DNA of 64,000 bases from an uncultured Actinomycetes bacterium (GCA_963806515.1 CAWDYO010000009.1:20179-84178); one strand, 5' to 3'; shown: positions 54,757 through 63,873, counted from the first letter of the stretch. Numbers and translations are program-made. Notes: generated from the sequence alone by a model not told the origin.

Positions 54757-55207
54757 ACGATGACCATGGCGGTGGGGGTGCGGGCGTACTTTCGTGCGCG
54801 TACCGAAGAGCTCATCCCGACAACCGACGATCTGAAGGCTGCCTTGAGCCAGGCCGGTGTCGACGCCCGCGTCGACGAACGGACGGTCACGGGTGGGGCG
54901 CTGATCGGCTGGGTCGTCACGATCACGCTCGCGGCCCCGCTCGCCGCGTTCTTCACTGCGGTGGGCTCAGAGGCTGGGAAGGACGCCTATGCGGTCTTCC
55001 GCACTTGGTTTCGCGGGCAGAAGCTACGGACAGTCGACTCCCGGAGCCGTGATTCTCCAGGGTTCCGATGAGCTCAAGGTAGTCGTGGAACTGGAAGTCC
55101 CTGAGGAAGCGCTCGCAGCGCTCCAAGAGCTGGATTGGCCGCACATGCCGAGTGACTCGGTCGTTTGGGATCACGAAACTCGGCGGTGGCGAAGCGAGCC
55201 CCGTTAG
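54757..55207 (+). CDS. Hypothetical protein(s); either one frameshifted gene or two overlapping small ORFs
   Basis: 'MTMAVGVRAYFRARTEELIPTTDDLKAALSQAGVDARV...AVFRTWF' (frame ending 55071) and 'VILQGSDELKVVVELEVPEEALAALQELDW...' (frame ending 55207) both look protein-like. Confidence 0.3.
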
Positions 55208-55468
55208 GCCTGGTGCTTGCGTGATGGGCGACTCCGATGGGCTAGCCGCGCGGGGGGCCAGCTAGCGCTAGCGAGAGGTGGGGCGCGCGAAGGAGCCGCC
55301 GTAGACGTCGCCAACGTGCGCCCGCTGGGCCTATATGTGCGACTGAGCGGTGCGGCCGTGTTGTGCCGGCGTTTCGCTTCGCGTGATTGCGGCACTCGCC
55401 GCACGAGCGATCCTTGTCGTCGCAGGGCGAGTTCGGCGAGGTCCGTTGTCCGGTCGCATCCGCGCATG

Positions 55469-55494
55469 CCCACGATATCACGTGATATCGTGGG
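55469..55494. promoter_or_regulatory. Perfect 26-bp palindrome immediately upstream of vapB (candidate autoregulatory operator)
   Basis: CCCACGATATCAC|GTGATATCGTGGG ends 3 nt before ATG 55498. Confidence 0.6.
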
Positions 55495-55497
55495 CTC

Positions 55498-55722
55498 ATG
55501 CCCGACGTGCTGATCCGTGACGTCCCCGCCGAGGATCTCGCTCGTATTGACGCGCACGCGGCGCGACTGGGCTTGTCTCGGACGGAGTACCTTCGCCGCC
55601 GGCTGCATCAGGACGCCGCCGCGCGTCCCGCCTCCCCGGTCACGACCGCTGACCTCACGGCGTTCGCGTCCAGGTTTCGCGATCTCGACGAACCGGAGGT
55701 CACGCGCCGGGCGTGGTCGTGA
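55498..55722 (+). CDS. vapB: Ribbon-helix-helix antitoxin (VapB/CopG-like)
   Basis: 74 aa. 'VLIRDVPAEDLARIDAHAARLGLSRTEYLRRRL'. Overlaps the PIN gene by 10 nt. Confidence 0.75.
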   Translation: MPDVLIRDVPAEDLARIDAHAARLGLSRTEYLRRRLHQDAAARPASPVTTADLTAFASRFRDLDEPEVTRRAWS

Positions 55723-56141
55723 GCGACGCCTCGCCCAAGACGCAGTGGCTGATCGACAAGTCGGCGCTGACGCGTCTCGGCGCGAGCACCACGGCCGACG
55801 TCTGGGCCGAGCGCATCCAACGGGGCATGGTGCGCATCGCGACGGTGACGCTGCTCGAGATCGGCTACTCCGCCCGCAGCCCGGCTGACCTCCACGCCGG
55901 ACTCCACAGCCCCCCGGTGAGCTCGATGCCAATCGAGTACGCGACACCCGTCGGGGAAGATCGGGCCGTCCAGGTGCTGCGCCTCCTCGCTGACCGTGGG
56001 CACCACCGCGCACCCTCTGTCCCGGACCTGATCATCGCTGCGCTCGCCGAGAGCGCGGGCCTTGTCGTCCTGCACAACGACAAGGACTTCGATCTCATCG
56101 CCGAAGTCACCGGTCAGCCAGTCCAGCGCCTCGTCGACTGA
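55713..56141 (+). CDS. vapC: PIN-domain ribonuclease toxin (VapC)
   Basis: 142 aa. N-terminal 'WLIDKSAL', 'LLEIGYSA', 'PDLIIAALAE', 'LHNDKDFDLI'. Confidence 0.75.
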   Translation: MVVSDASPKTQWLIDKSALTRLGASTTADVWAERIQRGMVRIATVTLLEIGYSARSPADLHAGLHSPPVSSMPIEYATPVGEDRAVQVLRLLADRGHHRAPSVPDLIIAALAESAGLVVLHNDKDFDLIAEVTGQPVQRLVD

Positions 56142-56154
56142 GATCAGATACGGA

Positions 56155-56195
56155 TGGCGAATTGACCCCGTCGGGGTCAACACGCCAACGGCGAC
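56155..56195. repeat. REP-like palindromic element, copy 4
   Basis: TGGCGAATTGACCCCGTCGGGGTCAACACGCCAACGGCGAC. Palindrome TTGACCCCG-T-CGGGGTCAA at 56162-56180, 14 nt after the vapC stop. Confidence 0.75.
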
Positions 56196-56311
56196 GGACC
56201 GAGGCGGGGTCGGTCCGATCGAACCGCCGGCGCAAGCTTCGATCACGAGGTTGACTCGCGGTCCGTCTCGGTGGCACGATTGTCTGCAAGCGAGTTCGAA
56301 GGAGAAGAACC

Positions 56312-56536
56312 ATGGACAGGTGGATCGCTGACTGCCGTCGCTTCGAGAGCGACAGCAACTGCCAGCTGACGATCATCGGGCCGGAGGACGACGTGGTCGC
56401 CGCCGCAGCCCAGCACGCGGCCGCATCGCACGGGCACGAAGACACGCAGGAGTTGCGCGACGGGATACGCAGCCTGCTCGAGCCGGAGAGCGCGTACGTC
56501 ATCGGCGAGCGGACGCCGGAGCCGTTTCCCGCCTGA
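56312..56536 (+). CDS. DUF1059-family small protein
   Basis: 74 aa. 'CRRFESDSNCQLTIIGPEDDVVAAAAQHAAASHGHEDTQELRDGIRSLL' fits the DUF1059 pattern. Confidence 0.6.
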   Translation: MDRWIADCRRFESDSNCQLTIIGPEDDVVAAAAQHAAASHGHEDTQELRDGIRSLLEPESAYVIGERTPEPFPA

Positions 56537-56572
56537 ACCTGGTCATCCGCGCTGCCAGGCACCGATGGAGAT

Positions 56573-56998
56573 GTGAAACGGACGCAGAGCATCGAGATCG
56601 AGCGAGCGCCTGAGGAGGTGTTCGCGTTTCTCACGGACCCATCGAACCTGGCGACGTGGCAGGACGCCGAGGAGGTCACGCAGCTCACGCCGGGCCCGCC
56701 CGGCGTCGGGACCCGCTTTCAGGAGATCCACAAGGTGCTCGGCAGGCGGCGAGTGGAGATCACGGAGATCGTCGTCTACGAGCCCGGGCAGCGCTTCGAG
56801 ATCCGCATGGTCGACGGCCCGCCGCTCGACGGGCGCTGGGACTTCGAGCCCTCGCCTGCGGGCACGCGGCTGACCTTCACCCCGATCCCGCGGCTGACCG
56901 GCCGCCGCAAGCGCATCGAGCCGCTCATGATCCTCGGGACGCTCGTCGTGTTCCGGCCCTTTCACCGGCGCCTCAAGCGCGCCGTCGAAGCCCGCTGA
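56573..56998 (+). CDS. SRPBCC-superfamily (polyketide cyclase/dehydrase-like) protein
   Basis: 141 aa. 'IEIERAPEEVFAFLTDPSNLATWQ' is a typical SRPBCC N-terminus. Confidence 0.7.
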   Translation: MKRTQSIEIERAPEEVFAFLTDPSNLATWQDAEEVTQLTPGPPGVGTRFQEIHKVLGRRRVEITEIVVYEPGQRFEIRMVDGPPLDGRWDFEPSPAGTRLTFTPIPRLTGRRKRIEPLMILGTLVVFRPFHRRLKRAVEAR

Positions 56999-57045
56999 CG
57001 AGCCTCCCCCCGCGCTGAAGTGAGCGGTCTGAAAGGCCGGCGGCG

Positions 57046-57477
57046 CTACGCCAGGCCGAACGACGAGGCGAAGCTCTCGGCGTCGCGCTCGAACGTGTCG
57101 CCGGGCTCGGACACGCGCAACTCGCCAGTCATCGGCGCGCCGCGCTGCTGGTGGGCGTGGCGTACCTCGTGGAGCAGGAGCTCCTGGCCCATGGGGGTCT
57201 GAGGCGCGTACTCGCCCTCGGCGAAGTAGATGTCCGAGCCGGTCGTGAACGCGCGGGCCTCGACCGACCGTGCGAGCGCGCCGGCCAGCGGGTCGGTGTG
57301 GATGCGCACGTCGGAGAACGAGTCGCCGAGCGTCGCGGACAGCTGGTCTTGCAGGTCCGGCGCAAGCGGCGTACCGCGGCCGCGCTGGGACGCGATCTGC
57401 GCGGTCACCTGCGGATGCACGCGCCCGCCTTCGAGCAGGCCGCCGCCGTCGGAGAAGGGGGAATGTGAAGGTGTCAC
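57046..57477 (-). CDS. DUF4157 domain protein (HExxH-like, contractile-injection-system-associated family)
   Basis: 143 aa. 'FSDVRIHTDPLAGALARSVEARAFTTGSDIYFAEGEYAP......LLLHEVRHAHQQ'. Confidence 0.75.
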   Translation of the reverse strand: MTPSHSPFSDGGGLLEGGRVHPQVTAQIASQRGRGTPLAPDLQDQLSATLGDSFSDVRIHTDPLAGALARSVEARAFTTGSDIYFAEGEYAPQTPMGQELLLHEVRHAHQQRGAPMTGELRVSEPGDTFERDAESFASSFGLA

Positions 57478-57657
57478 GCTCGAAGGCTCCTAGATGGTTG
57501 ATTGCGCGGCCAGGGCCGTCAGATGTGCCCGTATCGTGGATGCAGGTCGCCGCGGGGCGAAGGAGGACAGTGCCAGCGGCACGGACTCCTTCGGTCCGTG
57601 GCGATCCTGCGCCGCGAGACGGGTGCAGATGGCGATGCTGGTCGTGGAATCAATCAT

Positions 57658-60600
57658 CTAGTACTCGTCATCACGATACGCCGGATTGCTCCCCTTGTCA
57701 GCCACCGGCGACGTCGCCTTGGGGGTCTCGCGCCGGAAGCGGATGAGCTTGCCCAGGTCCTGCGTGCAGGCGTCGTCCTTCTGCACGACGGTCACCTCGA
57801 GCCCGTCCGGCCGCCACGCGACGTCGCAGGCCTGCGTCCCGGTCGCGATCGGCTGGACGAGGCGCAGGTCCGTGAAGCCCGCGAAGACGACCTCGAAGCG
57901 GTCGGTGTCGAGGTTCGTGATCGCGGCGATGCGCCTGCCGTGCACCGAGTAGACGGCGAGCAGCACGCCCTTGCCGGGCTTGTTGATCGGCGTCGCGGTG
58001 CGCCCGGCCCACTTCAGGGGGTCGATCGTGAACGCCGTCTTCGTGCGGTACTGGCGCACGGCGAAGACCGACGGGTTGTCGCGCCGGCGCGCCTGGACGA
58101 GCACGGCCTTGCCGTCCGGACGCCACGAGACGCGCCCGTCGAGGTTCCAGCCGTCGTCGGGCAGGCACAGGCGGCCGAGGTCGGCGAACTCGAGGCGTCC
58201 GAAGCACAGATCGCCGTCGCCCTCCTCGCGGCGGATCATCGCCAGCGTGTTGCCGTCGGACGCGACCGTCGGGCGCACGAGCGTGTCCCCGCCCGCGTAG
58301 ACGGTGCGGTAGTCGGCGTCCTTGCCGTCGTCGGCGAGGATGATCCGCGAGCCCGAGCGGTAGACGACCTGGCTTCCGCCCGGCAGGTAGGACGGCTCCA
58401 TCGCCGAGCCCTGCGGCTGGGGCAGGCGGTAGAGCTCCTTGCCGCCGACGGGGTTGTAGACGTGGACGACCGGGCTCTCCTGGACCGCCACCGGCGCCGG
58501 CCCGCCGGACGCGTTCACCACCACGACGTCGCCCTCCTCTGCCTTCTCCCCCACGGCCGGCGAGACGCCGAGCACCGTGCCCGCGTCCGTCGTCGAGATC
58601 CGCAGCTGGATGTCCGGCTTGAGATCGAGCTTCTCGAGGTCAGCCTCGTACTCGTCAAGCGGCTTGTCCTTGAAGTCCGGGATGACGACGTCGTCGGCCT
58701 TCTCGGCCTTCGCCTTGGCGTCCGCGGCCGCCTCCTTCTTCGCCTCGGCCTTCTCCTTGGCCGTCGGCGGCGGCTTGCGCAGGAAGACCCGCACCGCGGT
58801 GCCGCGGTCGACCTCCAGGCCAGCGTCGGGGATCTGGCTGCGCACGACGTAGTTGTCGGGCGCGTCGGCGGGCTGCGTCTCGCCGAGCTCGAGGCCGTCG
58901 TCGCGCAATCGCTTGTCGGCCTCGACGCGCGTCTGACCCTTCAGCCGCGGGACCTCGACCTTCGTCGCGCCGGCGGCGACGACGATGCTCACCGTCGACT
59001 CCTTGTCGACCTTCGTTCCGGCGCTCGGCGTCTGCTCGACGACGCTGCCGGGCGTCGCGTCCGGGTCCTCGCGACGCTCGACGGGCTGGCTGAGCTTGAG
59101 GTCGCGCTCGCGCAGGAGCTTTTCGGCGGCGAACGCGTCCGACGCGCCGACGAGCGACGGAACGTTCGTCTTCTGCGGCCAGAGCAGGTAGATGAGGATC
59201 GCCGCGAGCGCGAGCAGCAGCATGAGGCCGATGAGCCACAGCGGGACGACGGGCTTCTGGCGGTAGACGACCTGCGTCCCCGTGATCGGCGCGCCCGGCG
59301 TCGTCCCGCCGCGCAGCTTCGACAGCAGCGCCGGATCGGGCCGCAGCTTCTGGCGAAGCTTCTGCATCGGGTTGAAGACCGGCAGCTTCGGCGGCCTGCC
59401 GGTCTTCAGCGGCGCCGCCGCCTGCTTGCCCTGCTGCTTGGCCTTCGCCGCGAGCTTCGCCTTCTGGGCGGCGAGCCCGCCCGGCTCGGCCTCCTCGACG
59501 ACCGGCTCCGTCGCGACGACGTCGACGCCGATGCGGTGCTCCGACGTGCGGCCGACGAACTTCGGGATGCGCGGCTTGACCGTCAGCGTGTCGGCGCCGA
59601 CCTCGCCGGCCTCGATCGTGAGCTTGCCCAGCGTGAAGCGTCGCTTCAGCTTGCCGCTGTCGTCCATCGCGGCCGGCCAGAGCATCTGCTCGGCGTTGCC
59701 GTCGTTGCGAACGGCGGTGCGGTAGCGCGCCTTGAAGCGCCCCGACTTGATCGCCGGCACGACCTCGATCGACCACGCCTGGAACGGCAGCACCTCGAAG
59801 TGGGCGATGGCCCGCGCCGCGAGCGTCCCGCCCGTGCGCGACAGCGCGACGAGCTCGAACGTCCAGATCCCGGCGGTCGAGCGGTAGTCGCGCGGCGGCG
59901 CGATGTCGATCCGCAGCTCGAGCTCGGAGTCGCCGCGACCCGAGCCGAGCGGGACGAGGAACGCGGCGGCCGGCGTGACGACCGCCCAGTTCTCGGGCAG
60001 GCCGAGCACGGCGAGGTCGTAGTTGTCGACGATCTGGCTCTCGTTGCGGACGGTCGCGCGGAACGTCAGCATCGAGCCGGCGTCGACCGCCGGCACGCCG
60101 GCCGCGCCGATGACGGGATCGACCGGCGCGAGGACGAGCGACGCGTCGCCGGTCGGCGGCGGGCTCTCGGGGATGCCGACGAGCTGCTCCGGGAAGTCCG
60201 CGCCCGGAGGCGGCGGCGGCGGTGCATCGATCACCTGCGCGCCCGCGGTCGGGCCGACTCCCTGCTCGGCGGGCGCGGTGCCGACGCCGGGCGCCGCGCC
60301 GACCGGCGGCGCCGACCCCGCGTCGGCGGACCCGGCTGCGGCGCCTGCATCGGCAGCCGCACGTGCCTCGGCCAGATCGCGCGCGTCGGCTGCCTCGCTG
60401 GCGTCGCGCGCCTCCGCCGCTCCGGGAGCGCCGGATGCGCCGCGCAGCCCGGGGCCGGCCTCACCGTCGCTCGGCGGTGGCGGCTCACCCATCCCGGCGC
60501 CACTCGTGGCGGAGCGCGCTACCTCCTGCTCGCCCTCACCCTCGATCGTCGTCGCGTCGTCGTCGTCGTCCGCGTCACCGGGGACCGCCGAAAGCATCGA

Positions 60601-60699
60601 CGTCGGCGCCCACGCCAGGTACTCGCCGCACTGCTCGCAGAAGTCGCGTCCGGGGTCGTTGCGCTTCCCGCAGCTGTGACAGACGATGCCCTCGCTCAC
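57658..60699 (-). CDS. Bitopic membrane protein: N-terminal zinc ribbon, acidic/Pro-rich region, two Ig-like modules | TM | 3 x PASTA, TolB-like beta-propeller
   Basis: CxxC-x10-CxxC 'CHSCGKRNDPGRDFCEQCG'. 'FRATVRNESQIVDNYDLAVLGLPENW' and 'YRTAVRNDGNAE'. TM 'VVPLWLIGLMLLLALAAILIYLLW' (aa 484-507). PASTA-like 'VPSLVG.S...A...L....L......R.D...PGSVVEQTPSAG..V....TVSIVV' three times (aa 511-730). C-terminal 'GG.QVVYRS..RI...D.....', 'SDGNTLAMIR', 'WRPDGKAVLV', 'WRPDGLEV'. The GTG start overlaps the upstream stop (GTGA). Confidence 0.8.
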   Translation of the reverse strand: MSEGIVCHSCGKRNDPGRDFCEQCGEYLAWAPTSMLSAVPGDADDDDDATTIEGEGEQEVARSATSGAGMGEPPPPSDGEAGPGLRGASGAPGAAEARDASEAADARDLAEARAAADAGAAAGSADAGSAPPVGAAPGVGTAPAEQGVGPTAGAQVIDAPPPPPPGADFPEQLVGIPESPPPTGDASLVLAPVDPVIGAAGVPAVDAGSMLTFRATVRNESQIVDNYDLAVLGLPENWAVVTPAAAFLVPLGSGRGDSELELRIDIAPPRDYRSTAGIWTFELVALSRTGGTLAARAIAHFEVLPFQAWSIEVVPAIKSGRFKARYRTAVRNDGNAEQMLWPAAMDDSGKLKRRFTLGKLTIEAGEVGADTLTVKPRIPKFVGRTSEHRIGVDVVATEPVVEEAEPGGLAAQKAKLAAKAKQQGKQAAAPLKTGRPPKLPVFNPMQKLRQKLRPDPALLSKLRGGTTPGAPITGTQVVYRQKPVVPLWLIGLMLLLALAAILIYLLWPQKTNVPSLVGASDAFAAEKLLRERDLKLSQPVERREDPDATPGSVVEQTPSAGTKVDKESTVSIVVAAGATKVEVPRLKGQTRVEADKRLRDDGLELGETQPADAPDNYVVRSQIPDAGLEVDRGTAVRVFLRKPPPTAKEKAEAKKEAAADAKAKAEKADDVVIPDFKDKPLDEYEADLEKLDLKPDIQLRISTTDAGTVLGVSPAVGEKAEEGDVVVVNASGGPAPVAVQESPVVHVYNPVGGKELYRLPQPQGSAMEPSYLPGGSQVVYRSGSRIILADDGKDADYRTVYAGGDTLVRPTVASDGNTLAMIRREEGDGDLCFGRLEFADLGRLCLPDDGWNLDGRVSWRPDGKAVLVQARRRDNPSVFAVRQYRTKTAFTIDPLKWAGRTATPINKPGKGVLLAVYSVHGRRIAAITNLDTDRFEVVFAGFTDLRLVQPIATGTQACDVAWRPDGLEVTVVQKDDACTQDLGKLIRFRRETPKATSPVADKGSNPAYRDDEY

Positions 60700-61442
60700 G
60701 GATCGTCTCCGCTGGGCGCCGGCGGCGGCTCGGGCGGATCGTCGAAGGGCGGTCGCAGCTCGCGCGGCGTGATGTCGCCCGTCGAGGCGGTCGGCACGTC
60801 GGGCATCGTCTTGACCTGCTTGCCCTTGCGCACGCGCAGCTTGTAGTGCGCGTGGACAGGCTTCCAGCTCTCGATGCAGCGCGCGACCGCCATCTGCGTC
60901 TCGGGCGGCAGCGACTGCTCGGCGACGACGTCGAAGGACGCCGTCGCGACCGGCGGCTGCTGCTCGTCGACGCTCTCGGAGACGACGACGCCGCCGTGGT
61001 CGTTGACGCGCATGACGACGTCCGGGAAGAAGAGGCTCAGCGCGAGCTCGAGGCCGGCGCGCGTCCCGCGCAGCCGCGCGAGCTCGCCGGCGCGGCGCAC
61101 GGCCTCGCGGCGCTGCTTGGCGGGCAGCGCCTCGACGTCGTCGACGCCGAGCCAGGTGGCCAGGCCGGCGAGGGCGTGCTCGGGTGCGAGGTCGACGTCG
61201 AGGTGGGCGGGCAGCGAGTCGAGCGTCGCGACGATCGGGTCGAGGACCTCCTCGAGCGCGTGCAGGAAGCGGATCGCGAACGGCGGCGGCTGGTCGTGGC
61301 GCGCGTTGAAGTCGCGCCGGTAGATGTCCGGGACGCCCTTGCGCAGGTGCTCGCGCGCGGACACCGTCGAGGGAGCCTCACGCGGAGGCCCCTCGGGTCG
61401 CGAACCGTTGACGGCGAGCTGGAACGTGGCCACGCGGCTCAC
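60696..61442 (-). CDS. Phage tail protein I-like baseplate component (P2 gpI / Afp12-like)
   Basis: 248 aa. 'LPDIYR-type' N-terminus 'GVPDIYRRDFNARHDQPPPFAIRFLHALEEVLDPIVATLDSLPAHLD...LATWLGV....LP..QRREAVRRAGELARLRGTRAGLELAL'. GTG 61442 overlaps the baseplate J stop. Confidence 0.7.
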   Translation of the reverse strand: MSRVATFQLAVNGSRPEGPPREAPSTVSAREHLRKGVPDIYRRDFNARHDQPPPFAIRFLHALEEVLDPIVATLDSLPAHLDVDLAPEHALAGLATWLGVDDVEALPAKQRREAVRRAGELARLRGTRAGLELALSLFFPDVVMRVNDHGGVVVSESVDEQQPPVATASFDVVAEQSLPPETQMAVARCIESWKPVHAHYKLRVRKGKQVKTMPDVPTASTGDITPRELRPPFDDPPEPPPAPSGDDP

Positions 61443-63445
61443 GTCCCGCGCATCGTCGCCTTGACGATGTGCACGCCGGAGGCGATCGTCTCGTCCGGCT
61501 CGAGCACGATGTGCGAGCCGGCCGGCTCGGGCGACTGCTTGCCGGTGACGAGATCCGCCCGGTACATCCGCAGCAGGCGCACGTACTCGACGCCCGCGAT
61601 CTGGTGCACGACGCCGTAGAGCTCGCCCTGGTTGAGCGTGCGGCCGAACTCCCAGCCCGACCCCAGGTCGCCCGGCGTCCCGCCGACGAGCGGGTTGAGG
61701 AAGCGGTAGAGCTCGCGCAGCGTCTCCTCGCGGATGCGGACGAGGTCCGCGAGCGGCTCGGTCTGCAGCTCGACGACGACGCTCACCCCGCGCAAGCGGA
61801 CCGGCGCGACGTGGACCGTGGCCCCGAGCAGGCGGCGCTCGTCGAGGTGGGTCGCGACCTCGTCGAGCAGCTCGCGCGTGGGCTGCAGCTCGTCGAAGTC
61901 CAGCCGGCGGTCGGCGGGGTGCAGGTAGGGCAGGATCCGGACGGACACCCCGTTGCCCTCGTCGGGCGGCACGCAGACGGCGCGCGCCACGCGCGGCGAC
62001 GCCTCGCCGGCGAGGTACTCGAAGTCCTCCGACGTGACCGCCCGGTGGCGTGAGCGCAGCTCCATCGCACCGCGCACGCGCACCTTGTCGAGACCCTCGG
62101 GATCGACGCCGCCGCGCGCGCCGGCCGGGTTGGTCACCGAGGCGATCCCCGGCGGCCCGGACTTCAGGACCGTCAGCGTTCCGGGCAGGACGTTGCCGCG
62201 CAGGCCGCCGCCGGTGCGATAGCGCGACATGCGCAGCGAGGCGCCCTTGGCCGGCACCGCGCCGTAGTAGCGCCAGTCGCCGTCGGCCTGGCGGACGGCG
62301 GGGCCGAGCTCGATCGTCCCGTGCGCCGGATCGGTGACGTAGACGCGGTCGTCGGGGCCGCACTCGTTGAACGCCTCCTGCGGACCCCAGCGCTCCCAGT
62401 CGCCGGTCTGCGGGTCGCGCACCTCGAGCCACTCGTCGTCGGATGGCGCGAGCATCGGCGGGCGCAGGACGGTGAACGACTGGCCGGGTGTGCCGTCGCT
62501 CTCGCCGAGGACCTCGTTGTCGACGTGCTCGGCGTGCTGGCAGGTGAGGATCGCGCCGACGGGCTCGCCGGTGATCGTGAAGACCTCGGGCGGGCGCTCG
62601 TATGCCGCGCCGCCGGCCTCCTCGGGCGTGGCGACCCGGCAGCGCAGCCAGTGCAGGCGGTGGCCGCCGAACGGGACGCGCTCGCTGTCGCCGACACACT
62701 CGAGCAAGAGGTCGCCCGAACCGAAGTTGAAGCCGCCGGTCGTGTCCTCGAGGACGGTGATCGGCTCCCAGACGAGGTCGCCGCCGGTCTGCTCGCCGGC
62801 GGACATCTCCCAGCGCAGCGGCGGGCGGCGCGGGTCGACACCGGCGCCGCGCGCGGGCTCGGCCTCGACGGTGATGCGCATGAGCAGGCGCGAGAGCGGC
62901 TCGTCGAAGCCGAGATGGATCGCGTCGCTGGGCACGGGGACCGCGGAGAACGCCGCGCGGTCGGCGCCGATCGGACGCGCGACGCCCGCGTCGACGGCGA
63001 TGTTGCGCCGCTCGCCGTCGCGGTCGACGACGTAGGCCGACGGCGCCAGCGGCTCGATCGTCCGGGTCTCGGCGACCTCGAAGACGACCGACTCCTCGTA
63101 GGCCGTGCGCACGGTCCCGACCTCGGTCTCGCCGGCCGCGAGCGTGATCGGCTCCTCGGGCGTCGCGGCGAGCATGAAGCGCACGCGCGTGCGGGCCGGG
63201 GTCGCCGGGCTCATCGGAACGCCGAGCAGCTCGAGCAGGCGGACGTAGATCTTGTCCGGGACCCGGTTGAGCCGGTACGTGGTCATCTCGGTCATCCACG
63301 CGAACAGCTCGATCAGCGTGATGCCGGGGTCGGACACGTTGTGCTCGGTCCACTCCGGGCAGCGGCGGGCGATGCGCGTCCGCGCCTCGGACACGAGCTC
63401 CTGGAAGCCGCGGTCGTCGAGGTTGATCTCCGGCAGCTTCACCAC
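61439..63445 (-). CDS. Baseplate J-like protein (gp6/Afp11-type 'putative baseplate assembly protein')
   Basis: 668 aa. 'INLDDRGFQELVSEARTRIARRCPEWTEHNVSDPGITLIELFAWMTEMTTYRLNRVPDKIYVRLLELLGV'. The start overlaps the gp25 stop by 7 nt. Confidence 0.8.
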   Translation of the reverse strand: MVKLPEINLDDRGFQELVSEARTRIARRCPEWTEHNVSDPGITLIELFAWMTEMTTYRLNRVPDKIYVRLLELLGVPMSPATPARTRVRFMLAATPEEPITLAAGETEVGTVRTAYEESVVFEVAETRTIEPLAPSAYVVDRDGERRNIAVDAGVARPIGADRAAFSAVPVPSDAIHLGFDEPLSRLLMRITVEAEPARGAGVDPRRPPLRWEMSAGEQTGGDLVWEPITVLEDTTGGFNFGSGDLLLECVGDSERVPFGGHRLHWLRCRVATPEEAGGAAYERPPEVFTITGEPVGAILTCQHAEHVDNEVLGESDGTPGQSFTVLRPPMLAPSDDEWLEVRDPQTGDWERWGPQEAFNECGPDDRVYVTDPAHGTIELGPAVRQADGDWRYYGAVPAKGASLRMSRYRTGGGLRGNVLPGTLTVLKSGPPGIASVTNPAGARGGVDPEGLDKVRVRGAMELRSRHRAVTSEDFEYLAGEASPRVARAVCVPPDEGNGVSVRILPYLHPADRRLDFDELQPTRELLDEVATHLDERRLLGATVHVAPVRLRGVSVVVELQTEPLADLVRIREETLRELYRFLNPLVGGTPGDLGSGWEFGRTLNQGELYGVVHQIAGVEYVRLLRMYRADLVTGKQSPEPAGSHIVLEPDETIASGVHIVKATMRGT

Positions 63446-63873
63446 GAGACGACCTCAGCGTCCAGGATCGTCTCGAGGCCCTCCTCCTCGGGAATGACGT
63501 AGAAGGGATGGACGAGGTTGCGCACGCCGGGGACCTCCGGGATCTCGTACGTCAGGACGATGTCCAGCCGCCCCTCGTGGCGCCCGCTCAGATCGAAGTC
63601 GACGGCGACGACCGATGCGCGCGGCTCCCAGCGCTCGATCGCCTCGCGCACGGCGCTCTCGATCGCGCCGAACGCGGACGCGTCGAGGACGTCGAAGATG
63701 TGGTCGTGCACGGCGCAACCGAACTCGGGGCGCATCGGGCGCTCGCCGGGGGCCGTCGCGAGGATGATCGAGATCGCCTGGGCGATGTCGGTCTCGCCCG
63801 AGACGAGCGTGATCGCGCCGCGCTGGTCGACGCTGAGGGGGAACGCGAGACCGGAACCGAGATTCGAGTTCAT
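63439..63873 (-). CDS. GPW/gp25-family baseplate wedge protein
   Basis: 144 aa. 'GSGLAFPLSVDQRGAI......DIAQAISIILAT.PGERPMRPEFGCAVHDHIFD'. Confidence 0.8.
   Translation of the reverse strand: MNSNLGSGLAFPLSVDQRGAITLVSGETDIAQAISIILATAPGERPMRPEFGCAVHDHIFDVLDASAFGAIESAVREAIERWEPRASVVAVDFDLSGRHEGRLDIVLTYEIPEVPGVRNLVHPFYVIPEEEGLETILDAEVVSW

Noticed and set aside
57502-60846. 1114-aa plus-strand ORF
   Set aside because: It is antisense to the zinc-ribbon/PASTA gene and is low-complexity Arg/Ala/Asp/Leu. The minus-strand product has clear domain structure and start/stop coupling to its neighbours.
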